In this document: one piece after another, positions 18,316-27,128 of the stretch
Layout: every line of letters starts with the position of its first letter
How positions within the stretch are numbered: the stretch's first letter is position 1
Source: Acidobacteriota bacterium
GTDB taxonomy: Bacteria; Acidobacteriota; UBA6911; RPQK01; JAJDTT01
Direction: 5' to 3'
Assembly (NCBI GenBank): GCA_965209055.1
Contig: OZ242374.1
Location: 4,256,001 to 4,320,000, forward strand
DNA: 64,000 nucleotides
Notes under the pieces: generated by a model
What the model was told of the DNA's origin: nothing
The model's database searches: none
Seen by the model: the letters and a program-made list of their open reading frames with translations, nothing else
Program-made: the position numbers and the translations under genes

Positions 18316-18467
18316 CTCCTGGTTCTGATGCCTGTGAAAGAGGGCGGTCGGCACCGGTCATCGTGTCCTGCGCCCGCGAACGGCCAGTTTCTCCTATTAT
18401 CAACAAGTTTCCACCCGGACAGTCCGCTGTACGGGTAATGGACGTAAGTGAGGCAGAGTCGATATCC

Positions 18468-19169
18468 ATGGGACCCAGACGAAACCAGCATCCTGCCGTT
18501 CCGTGTTGGGGCTACGGGCCGCACAACGGCCCGGAAGTCTGGGGGACGCTCGATTCCGCGTTTATCTCCTGCACCTCGGGCGACGAACAGTCGCCCATCG
18601 ATCTGACGTCGGGCCAGTCCGCCGAGCTGGCGGCGATCGAGTTCGACTACCGCAGGACCCGATTCGCCATCGAGAACACCGGGCATACGATCCAGGTGAA
18701 CCCGAACTCCGGCAGCGGCATCGTCCTCAACGGAGTACGCTCCGCCTTGCTGCAGTTTCACTTCCACCATCCCAGCGAGCATACGTTTGACGGCAGTCGA
18801 CTGGCGCTTGAGATGCACCTGGTGCATCGAAGTGATCTTGGGTCGGTTACGGTGGTTGGAATTCTGTTCAAGGAAGGACAGGCGAGCGAGGCCCTGGCTC
18901 CAGTCTGGAAGCATCTTCCACCCGAAAAGTCCGAGTCGCAAATGGTGCCGGGCGAACTCGATTTGGCATCGCTTTTGCCTGCCGTCCGAACGACATGGCG
19001 GTACCGGGGTTCCCTCACCACTCCACCCTGCACCGAAGGTGTCGACTGGGTCGTCCTGACCGAGCCGCTATCGATGTCGAAGACGCAAATTGCCGCATTC
19101 GGCGCCATTCATCCACACAACTTTCGCCCTGTGCAGCCCCTCGGCGACCGCGTTCTGCTGCGCGAATGA
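18468..19169 (+). CDS. Alpha-class carbonic anhydrase
   Basis: WGY..NGPEVWG, QSPIDL, NTGHTIQV, Zn ligands QFHFH...EH...EMHLVH, YRGSLTTPPCTEGVDW, NFRPVQPL. Start uncertain (18363/18438/18468). Confidence 0.93.
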   Translation: MGPRRNQHPAVPCWGYGPHNGPEVWGTLDSAFISCTSGDEQSPIDLTSGQSAELAAIEFDYRRTRFAIENTGHTIQVNPNSGSGIVLNGVRSALLQFHFHHPSEHTFDGSRLALEMHLVHRSDLGSVTVVGILFKEGQASEALAPVWKHLPPEKSESQMVPGELDLASLLPAVRTTWRYRGSLTTPPCTEGVDWVVLTEPLSMSKTQIAAFGAIHPHNFRPVQPLGDRVLLRE

Positions 19170-19306
19170 CCGCCGCGGCGCTGTCCTCCCCGTAGAGGTC
19201 CATTGCCTCTTGACTTGCATTCCGGGCTGCCGATATCGTGTGCCCCATTGGAAGAACGCTCACGCAATGAGCGTTCGTTTCCTACTTTCAGCTTGGGGAG
19301 AGAGCG

Positions 19307-20464
19307 ATCAATCGTTTCCTGGCGGCCTGCACGATCCTTGTCCTGGGGATTTCCGCCACGACCGCCCAAGCTACTGACGTTCCGGCCGACGCACTCGATC
19401 GCTTTCCGGGCAAGGAGTGGGAAACCAGGCGTCCTGCGGACGTGGGCTTCGACGAGGATGCCCTGAGGAGGATCCTGCCGCGGGTCGGGATCGGGGGGAC
19501 CATTGTCCGCCACGGATACGTGGTGGCCACCTGGGGCAACCAGAGGACTGCCGTCCAGACCGCGTCCATGGGCAAGACGTTCAACGCGACCTGCCTGGGC
19601 CTGGCCGTCGATGCCGGCCTGGTCGAGTTGGACGACCTGGTCTGGAAGACCTGGACGGGCGAGGGAGAGCTGTCCCATTCTTACAAATACCTCAACGAAG
19701 GCCACCATCGAAAAATCACCTGGAGGCATTTCGCCAACATGGTGTCGGGCTTTCCGGACATCGACCTGAGCCGGTCCGACGGCGAGATGGGGGATTCCAC
19801 CTACAACTATGCCCACCGGGCGCCGGGGGGCGAATACATCTACAGCGACGGGGGGATGTGGCGGTTTGCCCAGGCCTTGACGGCGCTTTGGGGCAAGGAC
19901 CTCAAGGACGTGCTGGACGAGAAGATCTTCCGGCATCTCCAAGTGCCCGCCGGGCGTTGGGACTGGATGCCCGCGCGGGTGATTCAGGAAAACCTCATGT
20001 ACCCCTTCTGGCCGGGCTACGGACGCTACCTGGATCCGCCGTGGGAAATCGGCGGACACGCCGTTCGGGCCGGACCGGGCTGGGTGGTCATCAATTCGGA
20101 CGACGCCGCCCGCTTCGGCTATCTCTTCCTGCGCAACGGGCGCTGGCGGGACCAGCAACTGGTCAGCAAGGAGTGGGTGGAGCAGACGCGCAAACCGCAA
20201 AGCCGCCGGCATGCCGGCCACGGGGGCGAGGACTACAGCCTGAACTGGTGGTTGCCGGGACAGGGTGTGCAGGAAGCGCGGGGCGGCAACATCAACTGGC
20301 AGGCCGTCTCCCGAATCTCGGTGGTCCCCGAGTACGACCTGGTGGTGGCCACCATCCGGACCAACTACGTGGCCCGCAAAGTCGTCGGGTCCACCTATTT
20401 CGGATCCCAGTACCAGGGCGACCGGGACTGGGTCTTCCGGCTCTTGAAGACCATCGTGAAGTGA
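19307..20464 (+). CDS. Serine hydrolase, beta-lactamase class C/PBP-like family
   Basis: SxxK (SMGK), YSD, AARFGYLFLRNGRW..QQLVS.EWV, PEYDLVVA. The ORF track starts at GTG 19442, but the frame is open to 19271 and encodes a signal peptide from ATC 19307. Confidence 0.85.
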   Translation: MNRFLAACTILVLGISATTAQATDVPADALDRFPGKEWETRRPADVGFDEDALRRILPRVGIGGTIVRHGYVVATWGNQRTAVQTASMGKTFNATCLGLAVDAGLVELDDLVWKTWTGEGELSHSYKYLNEGHHRKITWRHFANMVSGFPDIDLSRSDGEMGDSTYNYAHRAPGGEYIYSDGGMWRFAQALTALWGKDLKDVLDEKIFRHLQVPAGRWDWMPARVIQENLMYPFWPGYGRYLDPPWEIGGHAVRAGPGWVVINSDDAARFGYLFLRNGRWRDQQLVSKEWVEQTRKPQSRRHAGHGGEDYSLNWWLPGQGVQEARGGNINWQAVSRISVVPEYDLVVATIRTNYVARKVVGSTYFGSQYQGDRDWVFRLLKTIVK

Positions 20465-20517
20465 GACATTCGAACTGCGAACCGCAGGGAACTTAATTGA
20501 CCGAAGGAGCGTAACCG

Positions 20518-23500
20518 ATGCGAAGAATCCAGATTTCAATCCTTTTCCTGAGCGTTGCCATGCTGGCAGCGCCCCTGTCGGCCCAGATCACCACGGGCGG
20601 GATCAGCGGCCGGGTCACGGACGAGACGGGCGGCATCATCCCGGGCGTCGACGTCCTCCTGACCAACGTGGGAACGGCCCGGACCTTTGGCGCCGTCACC
20701 GGCGACACGGGGGCCTACAAGTTCGTTTTCCTGCAGCCGGGCGACTACTCGATTCGGGCGGAGTTGGCGGGATTTCAACCCGTGCTCCGGCGGGACATCG
20801 TGGTCCGGGTCAATGAAACCGTCGCCGTGGACATCACTCTCTCGCCGAGTGAGATCCAGGAGGTCGTGGAGGTCCTGGGGACACCCCCGCCCCTGCAGAC
20901 CGAGTCGGGCGAAATCGGAGACGTGGTCGATCATGAGACGATCGTCAACCTCCCTTTGAACGGCCGCAATTTCATCCAGTTGGTGGAATTGCAGCCCGGA
21001 GCCGTCTCCACCCACAAGCTCCCCGGAGGGGGGATCAGCTTTCACAGCAGCATTTTCGGCGGCAACTTCTCGGTGCACGGGGCGCCGGCTGAAGGCACGG
21101 TCTTCCTGCTGGACGGGATCGACATGAAGGACGCGGTCGATACCCGAGTCGGATTCCGCATGACCGTCGACGCCATCCAGGAGTTCAAGTTCCAGGCCGG
21201 GAACTACTCGGCCGCGTTCGGACGGGCTTCGGGAGGTGTGGTCAATATCGCTTCCCGCGCAGGGGTGAACGATTACCACGGTTCCGCCTGGGGCTTTTTC
21301 CGGAACGACGCCTTTGACGCCCGCACCTTCTTCGCCGCGGAGAAGGAGCCCTTCTCGCAGCAGAATATGGGTGTGGCCATCGGCGGACCGATCGTGGAAG
21401 ACCAGACCTTTTTCTTCGTCACCTACGAGGCGATCCGGTCGGACAAGGAAGTGACCCGCGCCGTCAGCGTACCCACCGATCTGCAACGGCGGGGAGACTT
21501 CAGCGAGGGCAATCCCATCTTCAACCCCTTCGACGTCGACCCCGACACCGGTCTGCGCGCGCCTTTTGCGAACAAGGTGATCCCCGAGAACATGTGGCAT
21601 CCGGCCTCGGTCAAGGCCTTCACGCGGTTGTTTCCCACGGCGAATCGTCCCGGTGTGGTCAGTAATCTCGTCGATTCGTCAATCCAGGAGGTCATCAGCG
21701 ACCAGTTGAACATTCGGATCGACCAGAGGATCGGAGAGGAAGACACCATCTTCGGCCGCTATACGCTGGTGAAGTACGACCGCCTTTGGCCCTTCGTCTT
21801 CGCTTCGCTCCCCAATTTCACCACCGTCTGGAAGTCCCCGGCTCAGAATGCCGTGCTGGGTCATACCCACACGTTCGGAGCCAGTGCGGTGAACGACCTC
21901 CGGGTCGGCTTCAACCGGCACACGCAGGTCCTGGAGGACTCGGAACAGGAAGTGGCGGTCAACGAGGAGTTGGGGATCCACGGATTGAGTCCCCGTTTTC
22001 TGGGCAACCCCAACATCAACATCGCCGGTCTGGGCGGCACCGGGGCCATCGCCAATGCGCCCAACAATCGCTCCGACAACCAGTTCGCGGTGAGGGAGAA
22101 CTTCTCCTACATCACCGGCAACCACAACATTTCCACGGGCGCCTCCGTCGACTGGTACCAGATGAACGGCGGCCATGCCCTGTTTGCCCACGGCTTGTTC
22201 ACCTTCAACGGAATTTTCACGTCGCAGTTGACCGAAACCGGGACTCAGCCGGGGACGGGGAACCCCGTGGCGGACTACATTCTGGGCGTACCCAACCGGA
22301 CCTCCCGGTGTTGCACGGTCAATGACGGTTTCCGCAACTTCCGCAAGAAGGACTTCGGCATCTACATCAACGACGACTGGAAGGTGTCGCCTGATCTGAC
22401 CTTGAACCTGGGGGTGCGGTACGAGCTGTTCCAGCCCCCCTATGAGAAACACGGGCGCTACGCCCAGCCGGATTACTCCAGTGCACCCGAGCTGGTTCTG
22501 GCGCACGCCGGAGAGGACATCCCGCGGGGAGTCTACAAGGCGGACAAGAACAACTTCGCCCCCCGGCTGGGTTTTGCATACCGGATCAACGACCAGACCG
22601 TTCTTCGCGGCGGCTACGGGCTTTTCTACATGTCCCCCAACATGGTCTTCTCGTTCTTCGCCGCCATGTCGCCTCCCTACGTCAGTCCGGAGACCTTCAT
22701 CTCGGACACCAGGACACCCCAGTTGTCCTTCAGCGCCCCGTTTCCCGGGGTTGGGCTTCCCAGCTTGAACTTCTACTCCAACGATCCCGGATGGACGGAC
22801 CCCTACAACCAGGTCTGGAACCTGACCCTGCAGCGGCAGATCGGGAATACCGCCATTTCCGCCTCCTATATCGGCAACCGGGGGAGCAACCTCCTCACCG
22901 TTTTCAATGCCAACTCACCGCTGAGACCGGGACCGGGATCCGTTGCCTCGCGCCGAATTATCCCTTCCATCGTGAACGACACCCGGACCGACAACCAGGG
23001 CTGGTCGAGCTACAACGGGTTGGAGTTGAGGGCGGAGCAGCGATTCTCCGGCGGCCTGGGCTTCCTTGTCTCCTATGTCTGGTCCAGGTGCATGGATACC
23101 GGGAGTGTCCAGGTCAACGGGGACGGTTCTCCCCGGGGGACACGGGACCCGCGCAACTTCGAAGAGGATTGGGGACCCTGTCAATATGACGTTCCGCACC
23201 GCTTCGCAGCGAACTGGGTCTATCAGCTTCCCTTCGGCAAGGGAATGGGGGGCCTCGGCGGAATGTTGCTCCGGAACTGGCGGATTCAAGGGATCGTGAC
23301 GCTGGAGGGCGGCCAGCCGTTCCACATCGGACTGCCCTACGACAACAGCAACACCGGACTCGGAACGGACACTCCGGATTGGGTGTCGGGTCAGGACCCC
23401 AACGCCGGCCCCAAGACCGTGCAGCAGTTCTTCAACATCAGGGCCTTTCAGAATCCACAGCCGTTCACCTATGGGAATCTGGGCCGCAATGTCACCCGGG

Positions 23501-23712
23501 GTCCGGGGTTCGCCAACGTCGACTTCGGGCTGCATCGCAGGTTCCCGATCACCGAAGACCATGTGCTCGAATTTCGAGGGGAGGTGTTCAACGTCCTCAA
23601 CCGGGCCAACTTCCTGCAGCCGGCCAATACCTTCGGCACCCCGGCCTTCGGCGTGATCGGCGGTGCGTTCGAGGCGCGGGAAATCCAGTTCTCGCTGAAG
23701 TACACGTTCTAA
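20518..23712 (+). CDS. TonB-dependent receptor (Oar-like, with carboxypeptidase-regulatory-like N-domain)
   Basis: Signal peptide, GRVTDETGGIIPG, LPLNGRNF, DAIQEFK, NDDWKVSPDLTLNLGVRYE, NNFAPRLGFAY, C-terminal REIQFSLKYTF. Confidence 0.95.
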   Translation: MRRIQISILFLSVAMLAAPLSAQITTGGISGRVTDETGGIIPGVDVLLTNVGTARTFGAVTGDTGAYKFVFLQPGDYSIRAELAGFQPVLRRDIVVRVNETVAVDITLSPSEIQEVVEVLGTPPPLQTESGEIGDVVDHETIVNLPLNGRNFIQLVELQPGAVSTHKLPGGGISFHSSIFGGNFSVHGAPAEGTVFLLDGIDMKDAVDTRVGFRMTVDAIQEFKFQAGNYSAAFGRASGGVVNIASRAGVNDYHGSAWGFFRNDAFDARTFFAAEKEPFSQQNMGVAIGGPIVEDQTFFFVTYEAIRSDKEVTRAVSVPTDLQRRGDFSEGNPIFNPFDVDPDTGLRAPFANKVIPENMWHPASVKAFTRLFPTANRPGVVSNLVDSSIQEVISDQLNIRIDQRIGEEDTIFGRYTLVKYDRLWPFVFASLPNFTTVWKSPAQNAVLGHTHTFGASAVNDLRVGFNRHTQVLEDSEQEVAVNEELGIHGLSPRFLGNPNINIAGLGGTGAIANAPNNRSDNQFAVRENFSYITGNHNISTGASVDWYQMNGGHALFAHGLFTFNGIFTSQLTETGTQPGTGNPVADYILGVPNRTSRCCTVNDGFRNFRKKDFGIYINDDWKVSPDLTLNLGVRYELFQPPYEKHGRYAQPDYSSAPELVLAHAGEDIPRGVYKADKNNFAPRLGFAYRINDQTVLRGGYGLFYMSPNMVFSFFAAMSPPYVSPETFISDTRTPQLSFSAPFPGVGLPSLNFYSNDPGWTDPYNQVWNLTLQRQIGNTAISASYIGNRGSNLLTVFNANSPLRPGPGSVASRRIIPSIVNDTRTDNQGWSSYNGLELRAEQRFSGGLGFLVSYVWSRCMDTGSVQVNGDGSPRGTRDPRNFEEDWGPCQYDVPHRFAANWVYQLPFGKGMGGLGGMLLRNWRIQGIVTLEGGQPFHIGLPYDNSNTGLGTDTPDWVSGQDPNAGPKTVQQFFNIRAFQNPQPFTYGNLGRNVTRGPGFANVDFGLHRRFPITEDHVLEFRGEVFNVLNRANFLQPANTFGTPAFGVIGGAFEAREIQFSLKYTF

Positions 23713-23769
23713 GGAGCGGCGGTTTTCCTACCGCCGGTAGGAGCGGGAGCGGCGGTTTCCAACCGCCGA
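23713..23769 (+). repeat. Two tandem REP-like palindromes
   Basis: GGAGCGGCGGTTTTCCTACCGCCG (23713-23736) and GGAGCGGCGGTTTCCAACCGCCGA (23746-23769), each a CGGCGG...CCGCCG hairpin, just after the TonB receptor stop. Confidence 0.65.
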
Positions 23770-23783
23770 ATTGCGGAGTGAGC

Positions 23784-24869
23784 ATGAACGAGTGCGAAAC
23801 GCGCCCCATTGGCATTCGCCTGCACATGCGGCACCATGCACGGGCGATTAAAACTCGCCGTTCCGTGGCGCTGATCGTCCTCTCCGTCCTGCTTGGCTCT
23901 AGCGGTCTCGACCGGGCGTCGGCGCGCCCGGCTGCCGGGCATGAGGAGGTCACGCTGGATCTCGGATCGGGGGTAAAACTGGAACTGGTCCGGATCCCGC
24001 CCGGCGAGTTCATGATGGGGGAGACCGACTGGTCTCGTGCCTTGATCGGTCTCTTCGCTCCCCATGATCTGCGCGCCCGCCAGGTGACCATTACCAAAGC
24101 CTTCCATCTCGGGAAGTACGAGGTCACCGTCGGGCAGTTCCAGCGCTTCGTGGAGGACAGCGGCTACGAAACGGACGCCGAAACGGGTCGCCGATCCTGG
24201 CGGGAACTGGGGAAAGGCTGCTACACCATGGGCGGAGGGAGCTGGGGTCCCAAATCCGGCGCCTCCTGGCGAAATCCCGGTTTTCCCCAAGACTCGGACC
24301 ATCCCGTGACCTGCATCAGTTGGTTCGACGCCGCCGAGTTCTGCCGCTGGCTGAGCGCCGAGACCGGACGAACGGTTCGTCTACCAACCGAGGGCGAGCT
24401 GGAATACGGCCAGCGGGCCCTGACCGTCACCCGCTACTACTGGGGCAAGAGGCCGGCCGACTACGTGCGGGATCCCCGGCTTCCCAGCGGCTACTGGGCC
24501 AACGTGGCGGATGCCGCCATGGCGGACGTTTCCGACGCCGACCTGTTCCTGACGGGGACCGAAATGCGCAGTCTCATCCCCGAGGGAAGGGACGACGGAT
24601 ACGAGGGCACGGCTCCCGTGGGAAAGTTCTATCCCAACCCGCGAGGCCTCTTCGACGCCATCGGCAACGTCTGGGAATACACCCTGGACTGGGCGGGGGA
24701 AGACCCGGCCCGAACCGATCCACGAGGACCGGAGGCCGAGGGAGTCCGCAGCATGCGGGGAGGAAGTTGGCTCAACAGCCCGGACGCCTATCGGCCTTCA
24801 TTCCGGCCGGAAATCGAGCCCGGCGGGCGGACCAGCACCCGGGGAATGCGTGTCCTGGTGGAAGAGTGA
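23784..24869 (+). CDS. FGE-sulfatase (SUMF1)-domain protein, probably exported and not a formylglycine-generating enzyme
   Basis: IPPGEFMMG, YEVTVGQF, HPVTCISWFDA, RLPTEGE.EY, GLFDAIGNVWE, RGGSW. Hydrophobic N-terminal segment; the catalytic Cys pair after RGGS is absent. Confidence 0.85.
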   Translation: MNECETRPIGIRLHMRHHARAIKTRRSVALIVLSVLLGSSGLDRASARPAAGHEEVTLDLGSGVKLELVRIPPGEFMMGETDWSRALIGLFAPHDLRARQVTITKAFHLGKYEVTVGQFQRFVEDSGYETDAETGRRSWRELGKGCYTMGGGSWGPKSGASWRNPGFPQDSDHPVTCISWFDAAEFCRWLSAETGRTVRLPTEGELEYGQRALTVTRYYWGKRPADYVRDPRLPSGYWANVADAAMADVSDADLFLTGTEMRSLIPEGRDDGYEGTAPVGKFYPNPRGLFDAIGNVWEYTLDWAGEDPARTDPRGPEAEGVRSMRGGSWLNSPDAYRPSFRPEIEPGGRTSTRGMRVLVEE

Positions 24870-25034
24870 CCTCTTCGAATCGAGACCTCCCGTGTCTCCG
24901 GTTCCCGATTCCTCCAGATCTTCACTTTCATTCGTCGCTCCTTCAGCAGGAATCGAGGACTTACCGTCCGAACCACTCCGAGATTTCGGGCAGGGGTATC
25001 CAAGAGACGAAATCGGCTGACTTGAGGATTTCCC

Positions 25035-27056
25035 ATGTCCCGGTCTGAGTACGATGTGCAACTGGACCGTCGGGTCCGGGTCCCGATGAGAGACGGAGTC
25101 GAGCTGGCAGCCGTCGTCGTTCGGCCGAAAGCGGAGGGCAGGTTTCCGGCCATCATGGCCTACAACCCCTATCGTTGGCTGAGGCAGGTCAAAGATACGA
25201 GCTCAGAATCGACCTACAACCACCGCTGGGACGGGCCTCCCTACTTTGCCCAACGGGGCTACGCCGTCATCTACTTCGATGTCCGCGGCACCGGAAATTC
25301 CGGAGGGACAACGCAGGACGTCTATTCCGACGAGGAGCGCCGGGACGCCTGCGACATGGTGGAATGGATCGCCTCCCAACCCTGGTGCAGCGGCAACGTC
25401 GGGATGTGGGGCATGTCCTACGGCGGTGTGGTCCAGTGGCAGGTGGGGGTGCAGAATCCTCCCGCGCTGAAGACCCTGGTGATCGGATCCTCCAACGACG
25501 ACGTCTACCTGGATTGGACGAATCCGGGCGGCAGCATCCGTCCCTACATGTTCGACAGCTTCGCCCCCATGATGACCGCCTTCAACGCGGCACCGCCCGA
25601 CGCAGATATCGTTGGGCCCGAGTGGAGCCGGCTGTGGGAAGAGCGGCTGGAGAAGAACGTTCCCTGGGGGATCGGCTTCATTTCGAATCTGCTCCAGGGG
25701 CCCTACTGGCGTGATCGCTCACTGCAGCCGGACTACAGCCGGATCAAGGTTCCCGTCATGTTCTGGTGCGGTTGGGCCGACCCGTATCCCACCCCCATCC
25801 TGCGGGCCTTCTCCAAGCTGGAAGTCCCCAAGAAGATCCTTTTGGGTCCTTGGGGACACTACTGGCCGGAAGAAGCCCTGCCCGGTCCCAGGATCGATTT
25901 CAGGCACGAGATGCTCAAGTGGTTCGACCAGTGGCTCAAAGGGGAAGACACCGGCGTCATGGAGGAGCCCGCGGTGACTCTCTTCATTCGCCGCTACAAG
26001 CGGCCCGCGGCTCATATGTACCTGGAGGACGCCGGATTCTGGAGACATGAAAACGAGTGGCCGCCGGCCCGGAATCAGGACACTCCATTTTACCTCCAAC
26101 CTGACGGACGGCTGAATCGAATGAGACCCGCCGACGAGAGCGCGTCCGACGAATACGCGTACGACCCGTCGGTCGGGATCAGCGCGGGGATCTACTGGGG
26201 CGGGGGAATCATGCCTTGGGCCATGCCGGTGGACCAGCGGCTCGACGACGCTTGCTCCATGACCTACACCACTTCACCTCTGGAGCAGGACCTGGAGGTC
26301 ACGGGGAATCCGAAGGCCGTGCTTTATGCCGCCTCCACGGCCGACGCGGCCTACTTCCACGTGAAGCTCACGGATGTGGCGCCCGACGGCACCTCCAAAT
26401 GGCTGACCGACGGCGGATTGCTCGCCACGCACCGCGATTCCCACTCGAATCCGGAACCCATGAATCCCGGACAGATCTACGAGCTGGAAATCGACCTGAA
26501 ATATGTCTCCTACCTGTTGGAGAAAGGCCACCGCATCCGGGTCAGCATTGCCAGTTCGGATTTTCAGAATGCCTGGCCCACTGCCAAACCCGCCGTCAAC
26601 GCCATCCACCGGGACGGGCGGCATCCTTCTCATGTCGTCTTGCCGGTGACGCCTGCTCAGGCTCCATCCATGGGCCGACCGGAATTCAGGCCTTCTCCGA
26701 GGCCTCCCGCGACAATGGCGGACATCAGCAGCAGCACCCGGCACGAGATCAGGCACGACCTGGTGAACGAAACGGTGACGGCCACTCTGGAGAGAGTCTC
26801 CGAGACGGGTCCGGCGCCAGGACTGGCGCATTCCACCTATACGGTGTCGAGACGGGATCCCGCGGAAACGGTTCTCAAGGCCCGTTACGTTTACCAGGTC
26901 CCGCCCGCGGGGTCGGGAATGACCGTGGAAGCCAATGAATTTCTGATCAGCGATCTGGAGGCGTTCCATTTCGTGAGCCAGGTGGAGGTGACGATGAACG
27001 GGAAGCGTCACTTCCACAAGAGTTGGAGAGTCAGCGTGCCCCGACAATTGAACTGA
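25035..27056 (+). CDS. CocE/NonD family hydrolase (peptidase S15), no signal peptide
   Basis: PMRDGVELA, DVRGTGNSGG, nucleophile GMSYGG, GWADPY, GPWGH, PepX C-terminal domain. Confidence 0.93.
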   Translation: MSRSEYDVQLDRRVRVPMRDGVELAAVVVRPKAEGRFPAIMAYNPYRWLRQVKDTSSESTYNHRWDGPPYFAQRGYAVIYFDVRGTGNSGGTTQDVYSDEERRDACDMVEWIASQPWCSGNVGMWGMSYGGVVQWQVGVQNPPALKTLVIGSSNDDVYLDWTNPGGSIRPYMFDSFAPMMTAFNAAPPDADIVGPEWSRLWEERLEKNVPWGIGFISNLLQGPYWRDRSLQPDYSRIKVPVMFWCGWADPYPTPILRAFSKLEVPKKILLGPWGHYWPEEALPGPRIDFRHEMLKWFDQWLKGEDTGVMEEPAVTLFIRRYKRPAAHMYLEDAGFWRHENEWPPARNQDTPFYLQPDGRLNRMRPADESASDEYAYDPSVGISAGIYWGGGIMPWAMPVDQRLDDACSMTYTTSPLEQDLEVTGNPKAVLYAASTADAAYFHVKLTDVAPDGTSKWLTDGGLLATHRDSHSNPEPMNPGQIYELEIDLKYVSYLLEKGHRIRVSIASSDFQNAWPTAKPAVNAIHRDGRHPSHVVLPVTPAQAPSMGRPEFRPSPRPPATMADISSSTRHEIRHDLVNETVTATLERVSETGPAPGLAHSTYTVSRRDPAETVLKARYVYQVPPAGSGMTVEANEFLISDLEAFHFVSQVEVTMNGKRHFHKSWRVSVPRQLN

Positions 27057-27128
27057 AACGCAGCCTCGTCCGGCGTCCGGCTGGAACGACCGATGCCAAG
27101 AGAATCGGGCAACAGAAGGAGAGTCATC

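Noticed and set aside
23713-23769. Tandem repeat resembling a mini CRISPR array
   Set aside because: Only two imperfect ~24-nt units with a 9-nt gap and no cas genes; better explained as REP-like palindromes.
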